From: a virus
Lineage: Duplodnaviria > Caudoviricetes
DNA: 47,808 nucleotides
Strand: one strand, 5' to 3'
IMG/VR virus record: IMGVR_UViG_3300017913_002479
Span: 1 to 47,808 of that record
The notes beneath the pieces were generated by a model. It had not been told where the DNA came from. It searched no databases and saw only the letters and a list, made by a program, of their open reading frames with translations. The position numbers and the translations under genes are program-made. Of the stretch, positions 27,857 to 36,208 are shown piece by piece; within the stretch, counting starts at the first letter, position 1, and each line of letters starts with the position of its first letter.

Positions 27857-28857
27857 TGATCATCCTTACAATATTGTTTTGCCAGCACTTGTATTTTCAG
27901 CGGATTGCTTTCCACACTGTCCAATATGCTGCGCACAGTGAATAGTCTTCCGTATTTCTCCAGTGCATCTACTGCATCTTTGCAGCCTTCCCACGGCGGA
28001 AATGCCACACTCCATCCTCTGCTTACAGCAGTATCTACCATTTTTTGTCCTGCACTGTCTGCATCTGGCAGCACAACCACTGTGCGATCCAAGTTGTCAA
28101 TGATGTTTGCTTGGGTTGTACTGCATGCATTGCTGCCAATGGCAACACCGCCAGTGACCAGCGCATCAAATGGACCTTCTGTGACAATCACCGTGCTGTG
28201 CTGTTTCTGTGCATCCAAGTTGAACACAAAGTCCTTGGGTTGTTGATTGTAATACTTGGGCGTTTCTTTGTTTGGTGTTTTGCCTATCCAACGTGCAGTA
28301 AACCCAACTGTGCGTCCTTTGTATGTAAACGGCAATATGATGCGATTTTTGTAATGTCCGCTGTTGCTGTAGTGCCAGTCTGCCAATGATTCCAGTCTAC
28401 GAGACACAATATACTGTAATGCTAGCTCTGTTTTTTCGTCTATAGATACTAAGTGTAGTATACTTTTTGCATTAGGCGGTAGTGCTAAGTCTGGCCAATC
28501 AATATTTACAGCTTGTGTGCGTTCTACTGTGCGCCGATGTAAATTTTGCAATTCTTCTTCACGTAACAGTTCCAAGTTCACACGTTGTATATCAGCTTCG
28601 TCAACACCAAATGTGATCAACAGTTGTCGCAGTCTACCAGCAATGTTGCGCCCAGGACTCCAACCTGTTTTGAATCCACAATTGAAACAGTTGTACTGAA
28701 ACTTTTCTTCTTCAAAGTAAAAGCCTCCTCTGCCACGTGTGTCGGCGTTTTCGCCATTCTGAACACACATTGGACAGTTGCCACTGGTCCAACCGCTGGG
28801 CTGTGCTTTCCAGTTCATAGGAACACACTGCTTTACAAAGTTCAGAATAACACTCAT
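27853..28857 (-). CDS. DNA primase (T4 gp61-like)
   Basis: Zn finger CPMC...CFNC, RIILPF, TOPRIM VTEGPFDA and PDAD, KD. Confidence 0.92.
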   Translation of the reverse strand: MSVILNFVKQCVPMNWKAQPSGWTSGNCPMCVQNGENADTRGRGGFYFEEEKFQYNCFNCGFKTGWSPGRNIAGRLRQLLITFGVDEADIQRVNLELLREEELQNLHRRTVERTQAVNIDWPDLALPPNAKSILHLVSIDEKTELALQYIVSRRLESLADWHYSNSGHYKNRIILPFTYKGRTVGFTARWIGKTPNKETPKYYNQQPKDFVFNLDAQKQHSTVIVTEGPFDALVTGGVAIGSNACSTTQANIIDNLDRTVVVLPDADSAGQKMVDTAVSRGWSVAFPPWEGCKDAVDALEKYGRLFTVRSILDSVESNPLKIQVLAKQYCKDDQ

Positions 28858-28863
28858 ATGTGT

Positions 28864-28892
28864 ATACTATACTGTTTTATTCAGCTTGTCAA
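28864..28892 (-). promoter_or_regulatory. Sigma70-type promoter; primase mRNA probably leaderless
   Basis: TTGACA-N17-TAGTAT, then 6 nt to the ATG. Confidence 0.65.
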
Positions 28893-28894
28893 CT

Positions 28895-29752
28895 CTATTG
28901 TCTAAGGGTGATTTTATCAATTGTACCGGTGTTTTCTTCATCTGCGATATAGTAAAAACGCAACCACCATAGGTTGTGTGTGAAGTTCACAGCACGTGGG
29001 TTACTTGCGCCTGCTCTACTGCCATCGTCGCTACGGAAAATCTCTGTATTGTGAATAGCACTGGTTTCAATTTGGAACCAATCTGTTGTTGTGTTTGGTT
29101 CTGGCTCTACTGTGCCTTGTACATACACCTTGCCCAAAAAGTTGGTATGGTATATGGCAATGGTATGCAATCCAGTTGAATGGTTGATATCCGGATGTCT
29201 GTTGCCCTTGTATCCGCTGCTGTACTGCGGGTCGGTATCTCCGTCTCCTCCGCTGAAATCGCTTGCAAGTGCCACTTGAATCGGTCCAAGATCTGGTAGT
29301 CCTGATTCTTTGATTTCCACAGTCCAATTGCCCGGAAAGTTTAGTTGTGGATGCAACAATAGTTCTTCTTGATCGCTGGTTACCATTGTTACAACCCAGT
29401 CATACAAGCCATTGTCCAAGTTGGCAATGTCTGAACCTGGAATATGGAATGTCACTGTGCTGTCTGCATAACTGTCAACTACTGCTTCTTTGCTAACAAC
29501 AACACTCATTCCTCTGCGTTGAATAAGTTTACCACGTATAGTAACATCGTGTATGTTTGCAAGTCTACGGTTTTCATCATTGATAACTAGTTGTATATGA
29601 TTATCAACGTTTTTGAAAAGCACAAATGGCTGGAATGTTACAGGACTGTTAGCAGTGGTACTACGATCATAGTAACGCTGATATTGCGTTCTGCTGCGAT
29701 CTTTGGTTAGTACAGCCTCGCCTGTGTTTGTATAAGTAAATGCGGATCTCAT
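28895..29752 (-). CDS. Putative structural (baseplate/tail Ig-like) protein
   Basis: Beta-rich; HTIAIY---F-G-V-VQGT and WLRF motifs; TAAATA 5 nt upstream. Confidence 0.6.
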   Translation of the reverse strand: MRSAFTYTNTGEAVLTKDRSRTQYQRYYDRSTTANSPVTFQPFVLFKNVDNHIQLVINDENRRLANIHDVTIRGKLIQRRGMSVVVSKEAVVDSYADSTVTFHIPGSDIANLDNGLYDWVVTMVTSDQEELLLHPQLNFPGNWTVEIKESGLPDLGPIQVALASDFSGGDGDTDPQYSSGYKGNRHPDINHSTGLHTIAIYHTNFLGKVYVQGTVEPEPNTTTDWFQIETSAIHNTEIFRSDDGSRAGASNPRAVNFTHNLWWLRFYYIADEENTGTIDKITLRQ

Positions 29753-29780
29753 ATTATTATTTATCTAACGAAAACAAAGA

Positions 29781-30158
29781 ATGACAATATCATCACGATA
29801 CAAAAATTTACTAGAACGCTTTCCGTTTCTTACTTTGGTAAAATACGGCACTGAAGAATACGTGGGTATTGTTGCCAACGCCGACGGACCTGTATTCAAC
29901 ATATACTGTTGGGACTTGGTCAAAACAGATCGTGCTAAAATAGATTTTTTACGCATGGGAGAAGAGTGGTGGTTTGAAAGCAATCGCAGTGTTCCTATCA
30001 ATCTGTTGCTGATAGGAAGATGGAATTACACATATGCATTGCGAAGTCTCAACAGCAAAAACGTACAAGTACTACACGGAGATGTGGTCAGCTTTGGTAA
30101 TCTAATACAGAAACGCAAAAAGCGCAAAAATATTCAGTTGATCAAAAAAGTAGATTAG
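29781..30158 (+). CDS. Conserved hypothetical phage protein
   Basis: FPFLT...EYVGIV...GEEWWFESNRSVPINL; basic C-terminus; lone plus-strand gene filling a gap. Confidence 0.75.
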   Translation: MTISSRYKNLLERFPFLTLVKYGTEEYVGIVANADGPVFNIYCWDLVKTDRAKIDFLRMGEEWWFESNRSVPINLLLIGRWNYTYALRSLNSKNVQVLHGDVVSFGNLIQKRKKRKNIQLIKKVD

Positions 30159-30733
30159 ACTGATTCGCACAGCAGATTCATGTGCACAACCACGGCCATT
30201 GCATATCCAATCGCATGACTGTGTTTGAAATAATATCCGCCGTCCGACGGCTTACTCCACACGTTTTCGTTTATTGTTTGCCACGTTTCGTTGACAAGAT
30301 GCCGTTTTGCAGGCCGTATTATCGCCAACACGGCGGCTAACTGTTCGACTGATTGCGGACGCAACTTTCGCAATATGTCTCCATGTCCGTTGACGTGAAA
30401 CAGCAAGTCGGTAAAGTCGTCGTGCTCCAATAGTTCCCATTGTGGTTCCTTTTCCATTAGTTCTAGTAAATGTTGTTCGTCCCGCACATCTTTGTAAAGG
30501 CTTACATTCAAACAGTCTATTTTGAAGTAGCCCATTTCTTCTGCCTGTTTGTGATCGATAGTGCTCAAACCAGTCAGCGGATCACTGGGCATGTCGTGAA
30601 AGTACACACCAGTGTTGTGCTTTCTAGTGCGGCCTTTGTCTTTGATACATGCCGGCACATGTTCAAGTAGATTCAAGATATCTTGCCTATCAGCAAAGTC
30701 AATGTCTACGTCTGTTGCTTTATTGATTGTCAT
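30155..30733 (-). CDS. Minimal DNA polymerase III alpha (DnaE)-like catalytic domain
   Basis: DVDIDFADR, KHNTGVY, GYFKIDCL, LAIIRP, YYFKHSHAIGYA match the DnaE palm/fingers motifs. Confidence 0.85.
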   Translation of the reverse strand: MTINKATDVDIDFADRQDILNLLEHVPACIKDKGRTRKHNTGVYFHDMPSDPLTGLSTIDHKQAEEMGYFKIDCLNVSLYKDVRDEQHLLELMEKEPQWELLEHDDFTDLLFHVNGHGDILRKLRPQSVEQLAAVLAIIRPAKRHLVNETWQTINENVWSKPSDGGYYFKHSHAIGYAMAVVVHMNLLCESV

Positions 30734-30974
30734 CTTTGCCCAATAGTTTTTCTGAATGTGTTTCTAGAAGTTGTTCTTTGAAATCTACCACTGATTCGGT
30801 TTTGATCATTGTTATGATTGTGTTGGTAAGATCTACTTCTCTACGCAGATATCCAATTTTGCGCTGTAGTTCTTCTAACTCTTTCATATAGAAATCCAGC
30901 TCTTTTTCTTTGCGTAGCTTTTGCTCCAGTATGTCTGTGAGCACAATCAATTTATGTTCATTGTTTTGGTTCAT
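30720..30974 (-). CDS. Coiled-coil hypothetical protein
   Basis: 84 aa with heptad pattern; overlaps its neighbours. Confidence 0.7.
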   Translation of the reverse strand: MNQNNEHKLIVLTDILEQKLRKEKELDFYMKELEELQRKIGYLRREVDLTNTIITMIKTESVVDFKEQLLETHSEKLLGKDDNQ

Positions 30975-31072
30975 GCTGCATCAATGGCTGCTTGTACAAG
31001 TTTTTGCGGTAGGCTGCACAACCAAATGTATGGCACCCAAAATAGTAAGTTATAAATCACGATTTCTGTCAT
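30971..31072 (-). CDS. Small membrane peptide (33 aa, not in ORF track)
   Basis: MTEIVIYNLLFWVPYIWLCSLPQKLVQAAIDAA*; fills a gap with an ATGA overlap. Confidence 0.5.
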   Translation of the reverse strand: MTEIVIYNLLFWVPYIWLCSLPQKLVQAAIDAA

Positions 31073-31223
31073 TGTGTACTTTCTCCCAATACTGTTCTGT
31101 ATCTAACTGTGGCATGTTCTTTTGTTTTGCTTCTCGTGCTAATCTGCGTTTACGTGCTTGACGTATACCCCACCAGAAGTACAGTCTCCAAAACAACTTT
31201 GTTCCTTGTAGCCATTCAATCAT
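31050..31223 (-). CDS. Small hypothetical protein
   Basis: Start moved to MIEWLQ (57 aa), overlapping the upstream stop. Confidence 0.5.
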   Translation of the reverse strand: MIEWLQGTKLFWRLYFWWGIRQARKRRLAREAKQKNMPQLDTEQYWEKVHNDRNRDL

Positions 31224-31515
31224 ACGCTTCATAATCGCCATTCCCGTGTGGAAAACGATATGCATCAACAACACTGTCCCAACGGAAACTGCGCCATGCA
31301 CCTTTATCTAAATCCCACACCACTTGTACTTGTTCATTTATAGCACGTACTTTCTTCTGTGTCAACGGATCTGTTTTTTCAGCTTTGGGTGTATAGTATT
31401 CGTCCAGTGTGCAGCGCATTTTGCGCACTGTACCGTCACGTTTGGTAAACTCGATGTGCAACTCGCTGTCCGGTAGATGTTTTTGAATCCATTGTTTTGT
31501 GCTTTCTTCAATCAT
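31216..31515 (-). CDS. WYL_2/SH3-like beta-barrel protein
   Basis: FTKRDGTVRKMRCTL...VWDLDKGAWRSFR. Confidence 0.8.
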   Translation of the reverse strand: MIEESTKQWIQKHLPDSELHIEFTKRDGTVRKMRCTLDEYYTPKAEKTDPLTQKKVRAINEQVQVVWDLDKGAWRSFRWDSVVDAYRFPHGNGDYEAYD

Positions 31516-31646
31516 TTTATACCCTTTTGATATTTGTACATTTTCACATAGTATTGAAAAGTTCTCGGATAGTTCACAGGATTTGGCAGCCAGCCAAAGT
31601 GCTCCAGCATGTCTTCATAGAGCTTTACAGCTTGTTCTTCATTCAT
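31512..31646 (-). CDS. Small conserved T4-like phage protein (44 aa, not in ORF track)
   Basis: MNEEQAVKLYEDMLEHFGWLPNPVNYPRTFQYYVKMYKYQKGIK*; ATGA overlaps at both ends. Confidence 0.7.
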   Translation of the reverse strand: MNEEQAVKLYEDMLEHFGWLPNPVNYPRTFQYYVKMYKYQKGIK

Positions 31647-32317
31647 ATCCCTGCGCTCCGCCAAATTTGTTCTGCCCATTGTACACTGTCACGTTCTTTG
31701 TTTGTACGGTCAATCCAGTGTGCAGGATCGATGTATTCTGCAATCAATTGCAATTGTTCATCGTTCATTCTGTCCAGTACACGTTGAAATGCATCGCAGG
31801 TGTACACAATCCACGGACTCAGTTTGCCAGTTCTAAACATGTGCACCACACGTCCGCCACCCACACGATCAAAAAAGTCTGTCCATTCGCATTGATTGTC
31901 GTCTGCCCATCGCTGCAAATTCATTACACTGCGTTCAATACCACGTTCAACACTTTCAGTTTTTGTGTATACTTTGATCCATTTTTCCAGTGTTGTGTCT
32001 TTGTACCATTGATTCAACTTGGTACCTTGCTTGATTAGATATTCAGTGTACTTGTCTGCAGGCTGTACATTGTTTGCTACTAAGAACGTGCCATAGGTAA
32101 CAAAGTCTCCGTAGTATTGACTGTGTATAAAGTCTTTGATGCCTTTTTCTTTGCTGCTGTTTACAGCCAAACGATAAAACAGTTGGAATGCTCTAAATCC
32201 AAACTGTACATCTTTTTCATCTTTGCGCAACCATCGACGCTTCTTCTCGCACATATGAGCTTCCAGTGTGCGCTCACGCTTGAACGCTTTCTGACAGTAC
32301 TCACAACGATGTGTCAT
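31643..32317 (-). CDS. Zinc-finger protein, replication-associated
   Basis: Start moved to MTHRCEYC; C-x2-C-x12-H-x-C finger; GKLSPW motif. Confidence 0.7.
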   Translation of the reverse strand: MTHRCEYCQKAFKRERTLEAHMCEKKRRWLRKDEKDVQFGFRAFQLFYRLAVNSSKEKGIKDFIHSQYYGDFVTYGTFLVANNVQPADKYTEYLIKQGTKLNQWYKDTTLEKWIKVYTKTESVERGIERSVMNLQRWADDNQCEWTDFFDRVGGGRVVHMFRTGKLSPWIVYTCDAFQRVLDRMNDEQLQLIAEYIDPAHWIDRTNKERDSVQWAEQIWRSAGI

Positions 32318-32784
32318 TTGAGCAGGGCTTTGATTTCCTTCTTGTCCATCCCATACTGCTCGAAGAATTGCGTCCACTGTTCTGTCGTGTTCTGAGCTAT
32401 CCATAAGTTTATTTCGTCATCGTTTAGGTGTGTGTAGTTTTCTGCAAGCCATTTGAACAGCTTGCTGGTTTTACCACCGCTGTGTGGCTTTATCCACGCA
32501 TGTTGTCTACGTGTTTTGCCAGCAGTATGTCCCACAATTTGCAGTAGCTTGATCTGCAATTCAGGATGGTGTCTAATAATATTATAGTGTCTGTTACTGA
32601 ATTCATTTACGTATTCCAAGTAATGCTCTTGCAAACTCACATCACTGCTCTGCAATGCACTCATCCATCGCTGTAGCACAAACACACTGACTTTTTTTAG
32701 TTCGTCGTCGTTGAGACTTGGATACCATTTTGTATCTCTTGTGTCCAACACACGCATTTCATTTTGTATACTCAAATCTGCCAT
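32314..32784 (-). CDS. Putative clamp-loader small subunit (T4 gp62-like)
   Basis: F-L-RWMS...NE--N...LQ--LL...WIK pattern and size resemble gp62. Confidence 0.5.
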   Translation of the reverse strand: MADLSIQNEMRVLDTRDTKWYPSLNDDELKKVSVFVLQRWMSALQSSDVSLQEHYLEYVNEFSNRHYNIIRHHPELQIKLLQIVGHTAGKTRRQHAWIKPHSGGKTSKLFKWLAENYTHLNDDEINLWIAQNTTEQWTQFFEQYGMDKKEIKALLK

Positions 32785-33566
32785 AGTTTATTCGGTTTAT
32801 CAAAGTCTTGTATGATTTGTCCGCCTCTTATGTGTGGTAGTCCACTGGATATTGTTGCGCCGCTGTATTTTAGATAACTGTACCACAGTTCATGTGATGT
32901 GTCTCTTTTCGGTAGTCTGCTATTTACAACATGTTCCAGTATCTGTTCAGGTTTGGTTGGATCTATCAGCATCGGAGAGGGACGACATACAAATATAGCA
33001 TCTTGCATCCAATGCGGTCTATCTGGTGACATTGTCAACACATCAGCATGTCCAACAAATGCATCAAAGTCTCCTGTGCGATTTATCCATTGATCCAGTG
33101 TTTTTTTGAACTGTTCAATTTTAGCTTCAACATCGTTTACAGTGTTGTCCCATCTCCATCGTACTACACAATCGTAGCGTTTGACACGAGGAGCTATCAA
33201 TGGCAGTGTTTCTGCCCAACTCCAAACCTGCGCATACGCACCAATGCTGCGCTGTCTACAAAACTCCATAAATCCTGTTTCGTTGTCAAAGTAACGCACA
33301 AAGTCGGGATTGTTCATCCACGTTTGTCGAAACGGCACTCTGTCAAATATATTGTGTTTTACAAAGCGTTCCCATATGTCGTTTTGATCTGTTTGTACAA
33401 ATTGTTCGTAACGATCAACATCCACAGGCGGTTCGCAGTCATTCCATGTGTGTCCGTACAGATCGTATGTGCCAAACAATTCGTCAAGACCTTTGTAAAA
33501 AAAGTCCAAGTTCTTTTGAACGTTGTAGCTTCTTGTCTGTCCACTTACACTAACTGCAACACGCAT
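32772..33566 (-). CDS. Putative glycosyltransferase-like protein
   Basis: MRVAVSVSGQTR, YGHTW, YDCVVRWRWD, D--F motifs. Confidence 0.6.
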   Translation of the reverse strand: MRVAVSVSGQTRSYNVQKNLDFFYKGLDELFGTYDLYGHTWNDCEPPVDVDRYEQFVQTDQNDIWERFVKHNIFDRVPFRQTWMNNPDFVRYFDNETGFMEFCRQRSIGAYAQVWSWAETLPLIAPRVKRYDCVVRWRWDNTVNDVEAKIEQFKKTLDQWINRTGDFDAFVGHADVLTMSPDRPHWMQDAIFVCRPSPMLIDPTKPEQILEHVVNSRLPKRDTSHELWYSYLKYSGATISSGLPHIRGGQIIQDFDKPNKLWQI

Positions 33567-33570
33567 ATTA

Positions 33571-34071
33571 CTAAATCAGTTTGTTGATGTCAAGTACTTC
33601 AGGAACTTTGTTTGCATCTTTTACAAAGTATGCACAACGAGGCTTTTCGCCATCTTCGATGGGCACTGCTAATATATGCCCGTATTTGAGTTTTGGAAAA
33701 TACCATTTCATATCTTGGAATACTCCAGTAAGCTCAACGTCCAAATAGTCTACCATATAACCACTGATGGGATTCATTGTAAATGCAGTAAAGCCTCTAT
33801 CATTGATGCTGGTAAGCGGCATGATTTCTGGATCGCCCATGTTGGCATCAGCAATGATCATGCTCCAGTCTACTGGCATCATCAATTTGTTTCCACCAAT
33901 GGTCAATGTAATAGCTGGTGAGTTGAAGCTTTCTAAAAACACCAGTGGTACAAAGATGTAGTCTGCGTTTGCAGGATTAGTATAGTCTAGCACACAGTAT
34001 CTAAAGTCATCAATTTGTTCAGGTATATGATCCAAATCATAGCTTTGGTTTTCGATTGTTAGGATCTTCAT
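33571..34071 (-). CDS. Conserved hypothetical protein downstream of uvsW
   Basis: 166 aa; PLVFLESFNSP, INDRGF, WYFPK motifs. Confidence 0.75.
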   Translation of the reverse strand: MKILTIENQSYDLDHIPEQIDDFRYCVLDYTNPANADYIFVPLVFLESFNSPAITLTIGGNKLMMPVDWSMIIADANMGDPEIMPLTSINDRGFTAFTMNPISGYMVDYLDVELTGVFQDMKWYFPKLKYGHILAVPIEDGEKPRCAYFVKDANKVPEVLDINKLI

Positions 34072-35519
34072 TGGTAGTCCACTTTCTGCACATTGAATGG
34101 ATAATGTGCTTCTCTATAAAATTTCTTACGTTGAGTAAGATGTCGTTTGCTAAATTTACAACTGCTGGTAATATCGTAAATCTGTACATGATCTTTGTCT
34201 TTGGCTTTTCTGATGCCACGTCCGATACTTTGAATTACACGAACAAATGACTTACCAGGTTCAACAAGTACCAAATTGAAAATGCGAGGAATGTTGATAC
34301 CAACGGCGGCAACACCATACGTAGCAATTGTGATACTGTTATCGCTGTCGTTGATTTCGTCGTATGTGTCTTTTCTGTCTGCACTTTTCATTGCTCCACG
34401 TACAAAGGTTGCGTCTGGCAACAGTTCTTCTAACATCTCTCCGCTTTTGATACGATCTACCAAAACCAATGTGTTGCCGTTACGGCTGAGATCTTCAATC
34501 AGCCCAGCCATGTATTCAATGCGTTTTTTGTTTGTGGTTAGGAAAGTTAATTCGCTTTGATAGTTGCCAAAGTCTGCGGTGTCTTGCATCTGCACAATGT
34601 TCACATGACACTGAGCCAGTACACCTTCATCTTGTAATTCTTTTGCAGCCAATCTGTTTGTAACATCGCCCAAGCTAGCACGTATACCAAACAGTTCGTG
34701 TTCGTCTTTTGGCACTGTACCTGTTAGTCCCCAACGCAATGGTACATTGGCAAATGCTCCTGTGAGTAGTTTCTTTAGCACATCTGCTTTTGCTTGGTGT
34801 ACTTCGTCTACAATAACACAAACAACACCCTGTAGGAATTCAGTAAGACTAACATCACTCAATCCATCACGGAAACGTTTTTCCATAGTATTCAAACTTT
34901 GCCATGTGCAAATGGTATGTGTTTTGTCCATTTCCTTTTTGTCGCCAAAGTATACGCCTACATCCAATCCCATGTTTTCATAATCAACTGCGGTTTGGCG
35001 CACTAGATCTTTGTTGGGCACAATCACAACACTGCGTCCATAGGCTTGTACTTTTGCACTCAATGCAGCCGTGATCAATGTCTTGCCAGCACCAGTTGCA
35101 ATCTCTTGTAAACAATGCGGTGTGTCCAAGAACCTGTTGATAATTTCCACTTGATAATCACGCAACACAATAGGTTGTCCTTCGACAGGATGACCCTCTG
35201 GCCATACTGTGTCGCTGAATGTTTGTTCAGTTACTTCTTCAATTTCAAAGTTCCAACGCTGTCTACGATCATCAACTTCAACATCGTATCCTTCTTGTAT
35301 AACAATAGGCAGCACTTCATCAAGCAGGTTGATATATGTGCTACCGCCCATACTGAAATACTGCACAGTGCCATCCCAGCGTCCTAGTTTATATGCCGGA
35401 ACGTGTCTTGCATATGGCAAGAAGAACTTGAGTTTGTCAATGCACTTTTTTCTAGTGCGAGTGTCAAGCCCTTCTACTTTGCAGTTTACTTCGTCTTTGA
35501 GTACAATATTACATTTCAT
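34068..35519 (-). CDS. uvsW: SF2 DNA helicase UvsW
   Basis: WDG, LRDYQ, ATGAGKT, DEVH, GLTGT, QSIGRGIR motifs; start moved to MKCNIV. Confidence 0.93.
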   Translation of the reverse strand: MKCNIVLKDEVNCKVEGLDTRTRKKCIDKLKFFLPYARHVPAYKLGRWDGTVQYFSMGGSTYINLLDEVLPIVIQEGYDVEVDDRRQRWNFEIEEVTEQTFSDTVWPEGHPVEGQPIVLRDYQVEIINRFLDTPHCLQEIATGAGKTLITAALSAKVQAYGRSVVIVPNKDLVRQTAVDYENMGLDVGVYFGDKKEMDKTHTICTWQSLNTMEKRFRDGLSDVSLTEFLQGVVCVIVDEVHQAKADVLKKLLTGAFANVPLRWGLTGTVPKDEHELFGIRASLGDVTNRLAAKELQDEGVLAQCHVNIVQMQDTADFGNYQSELTFLTTNKKRIEYMAGLIEDLSRNGNTLVLVDRIKSGEMLEELLPDATFVRGAMKSADRKDTYDEINDSDNSITIATYGVAAVGINIPRIFNLVLVEPGKSFVRVIQSIGRGIRKAKDKDHVQIYDITSSCKFSKRHLTQRKKFYREAHYPFNVQKVDYQ

Positions 35520-35525
35520 AAGTTT

Positions 35526-35554
35526 AGTATACACATTCTTGTTTAGTTTGTCAA
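35526..35554 (-). promoter_or_regulatory. Sigma70-type promoter; uvsW mRNA probably leaderless
   Basis: TTGACA-N17-TATACT, then 6 nt to the ATG. Confidence 0.8.
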
Positions 35555-36118
35555 ATTGTTCATGTGTCGCCATGCAGAAAATAAACTGTACATGGTATCC
35601 ACATCACAGTTGGTATCCAGTTGTTGATCAATCCATGTAGCTGTGTGTTGCGCAGTTTGATAATCATGAAACAGTTGATAAGGATCTACCAACAGATATC
35701 GTTGCCCAGCTAGATGATAACGCAAGTGTTTGGATTCTAGTGTAGTACCCGATGCAGGACGCTCTGGTACTTTTTGCAATGCCAGTTCGTTTTGCCACTG
35801 GTTGCTTTCTTCTGTAGTAGGCCACAGCACCAAGAATACTGTGTCTTTCCATGTGTGTATATGTTCGCGACTTAGACGCAGTGTATCAGTGTTGAGATCT
35901 TCTAGCCAATTTGCATGAAATCTACACAGATTCACTGCACCTGGTTTTGTATCAAACTCACCAGTTGCATCAAACAATTTGATTGCAGGATTGGTAAGAC
36001 ACCATTTGTTACCCGGTGTTATCATAATCTTTTGTGTCACAAAACCTTGCTGCTGTCCTAATACCCACGTTAGGAACTCGCCGCCAGCACCACATCTATA
36101 CAGTATAACTAAGTTCAT
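35543..36118 (-). CDS. Hypothetical protein, possible sulfotransferase-like fold
   Basis: MNLVILYRCGAGGEFLTWVL start; CRFH motif. Confidence 0.5.
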   Translation of the reverse strand: MNLVILYRCGAGGEFLTWVLGQQQGFVTQKIMITPGNKWCLTNPAIKLFDATGEFDTKPGAVNLCRFHANWLEDLNTDTLRLSREHIHTWKDTVFLVLWPTTEESNQWQNELALQKVPERPASGTTLESKHLRYHLAGQRYLLVDPYQLFHDYQTAQHTATWIDQQLDTNCDVDTMYSLFSAWRHMNNLTN

Positions 36119-36130
36119 TTTACCTCGTAT

Positions 36131-36164
36131 AAAAAAAGGGAGTAGCTGTTACACTACTCCCTTT
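36131..36164 (-). terminator. Intrinsic terminator after the ATPase gene
   Basis: AAAGGGAGTAG-N8-CTACTCCCTTT stem running into a U7 tract. Confidence 0.9.
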
Positions 36165-36208
36165 ACGGTCCATTGGAGTGAGAGAGGGCGTAAGTTGGAC
36201 CGTTATCT
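36131..36208 (-). ncRNA. Candidate 3'-UTR-derived anti-Shine-Dalgarno small RNA
   Basis: 8-bp stem ACGGUCCA/UGGACCGU enclosing loop ACUUACGCCCUCUCUCACUCCAA, then the terminator; the loop is complementary to several gene leaders. Confidence 0.55.

Noticed and set aside
33571-34071. Possible Hint/intein-like fold
   Set aside because: No N-terminal Cys/Ser nucleophile or terminal His-Asn; cannot be supported by eye.
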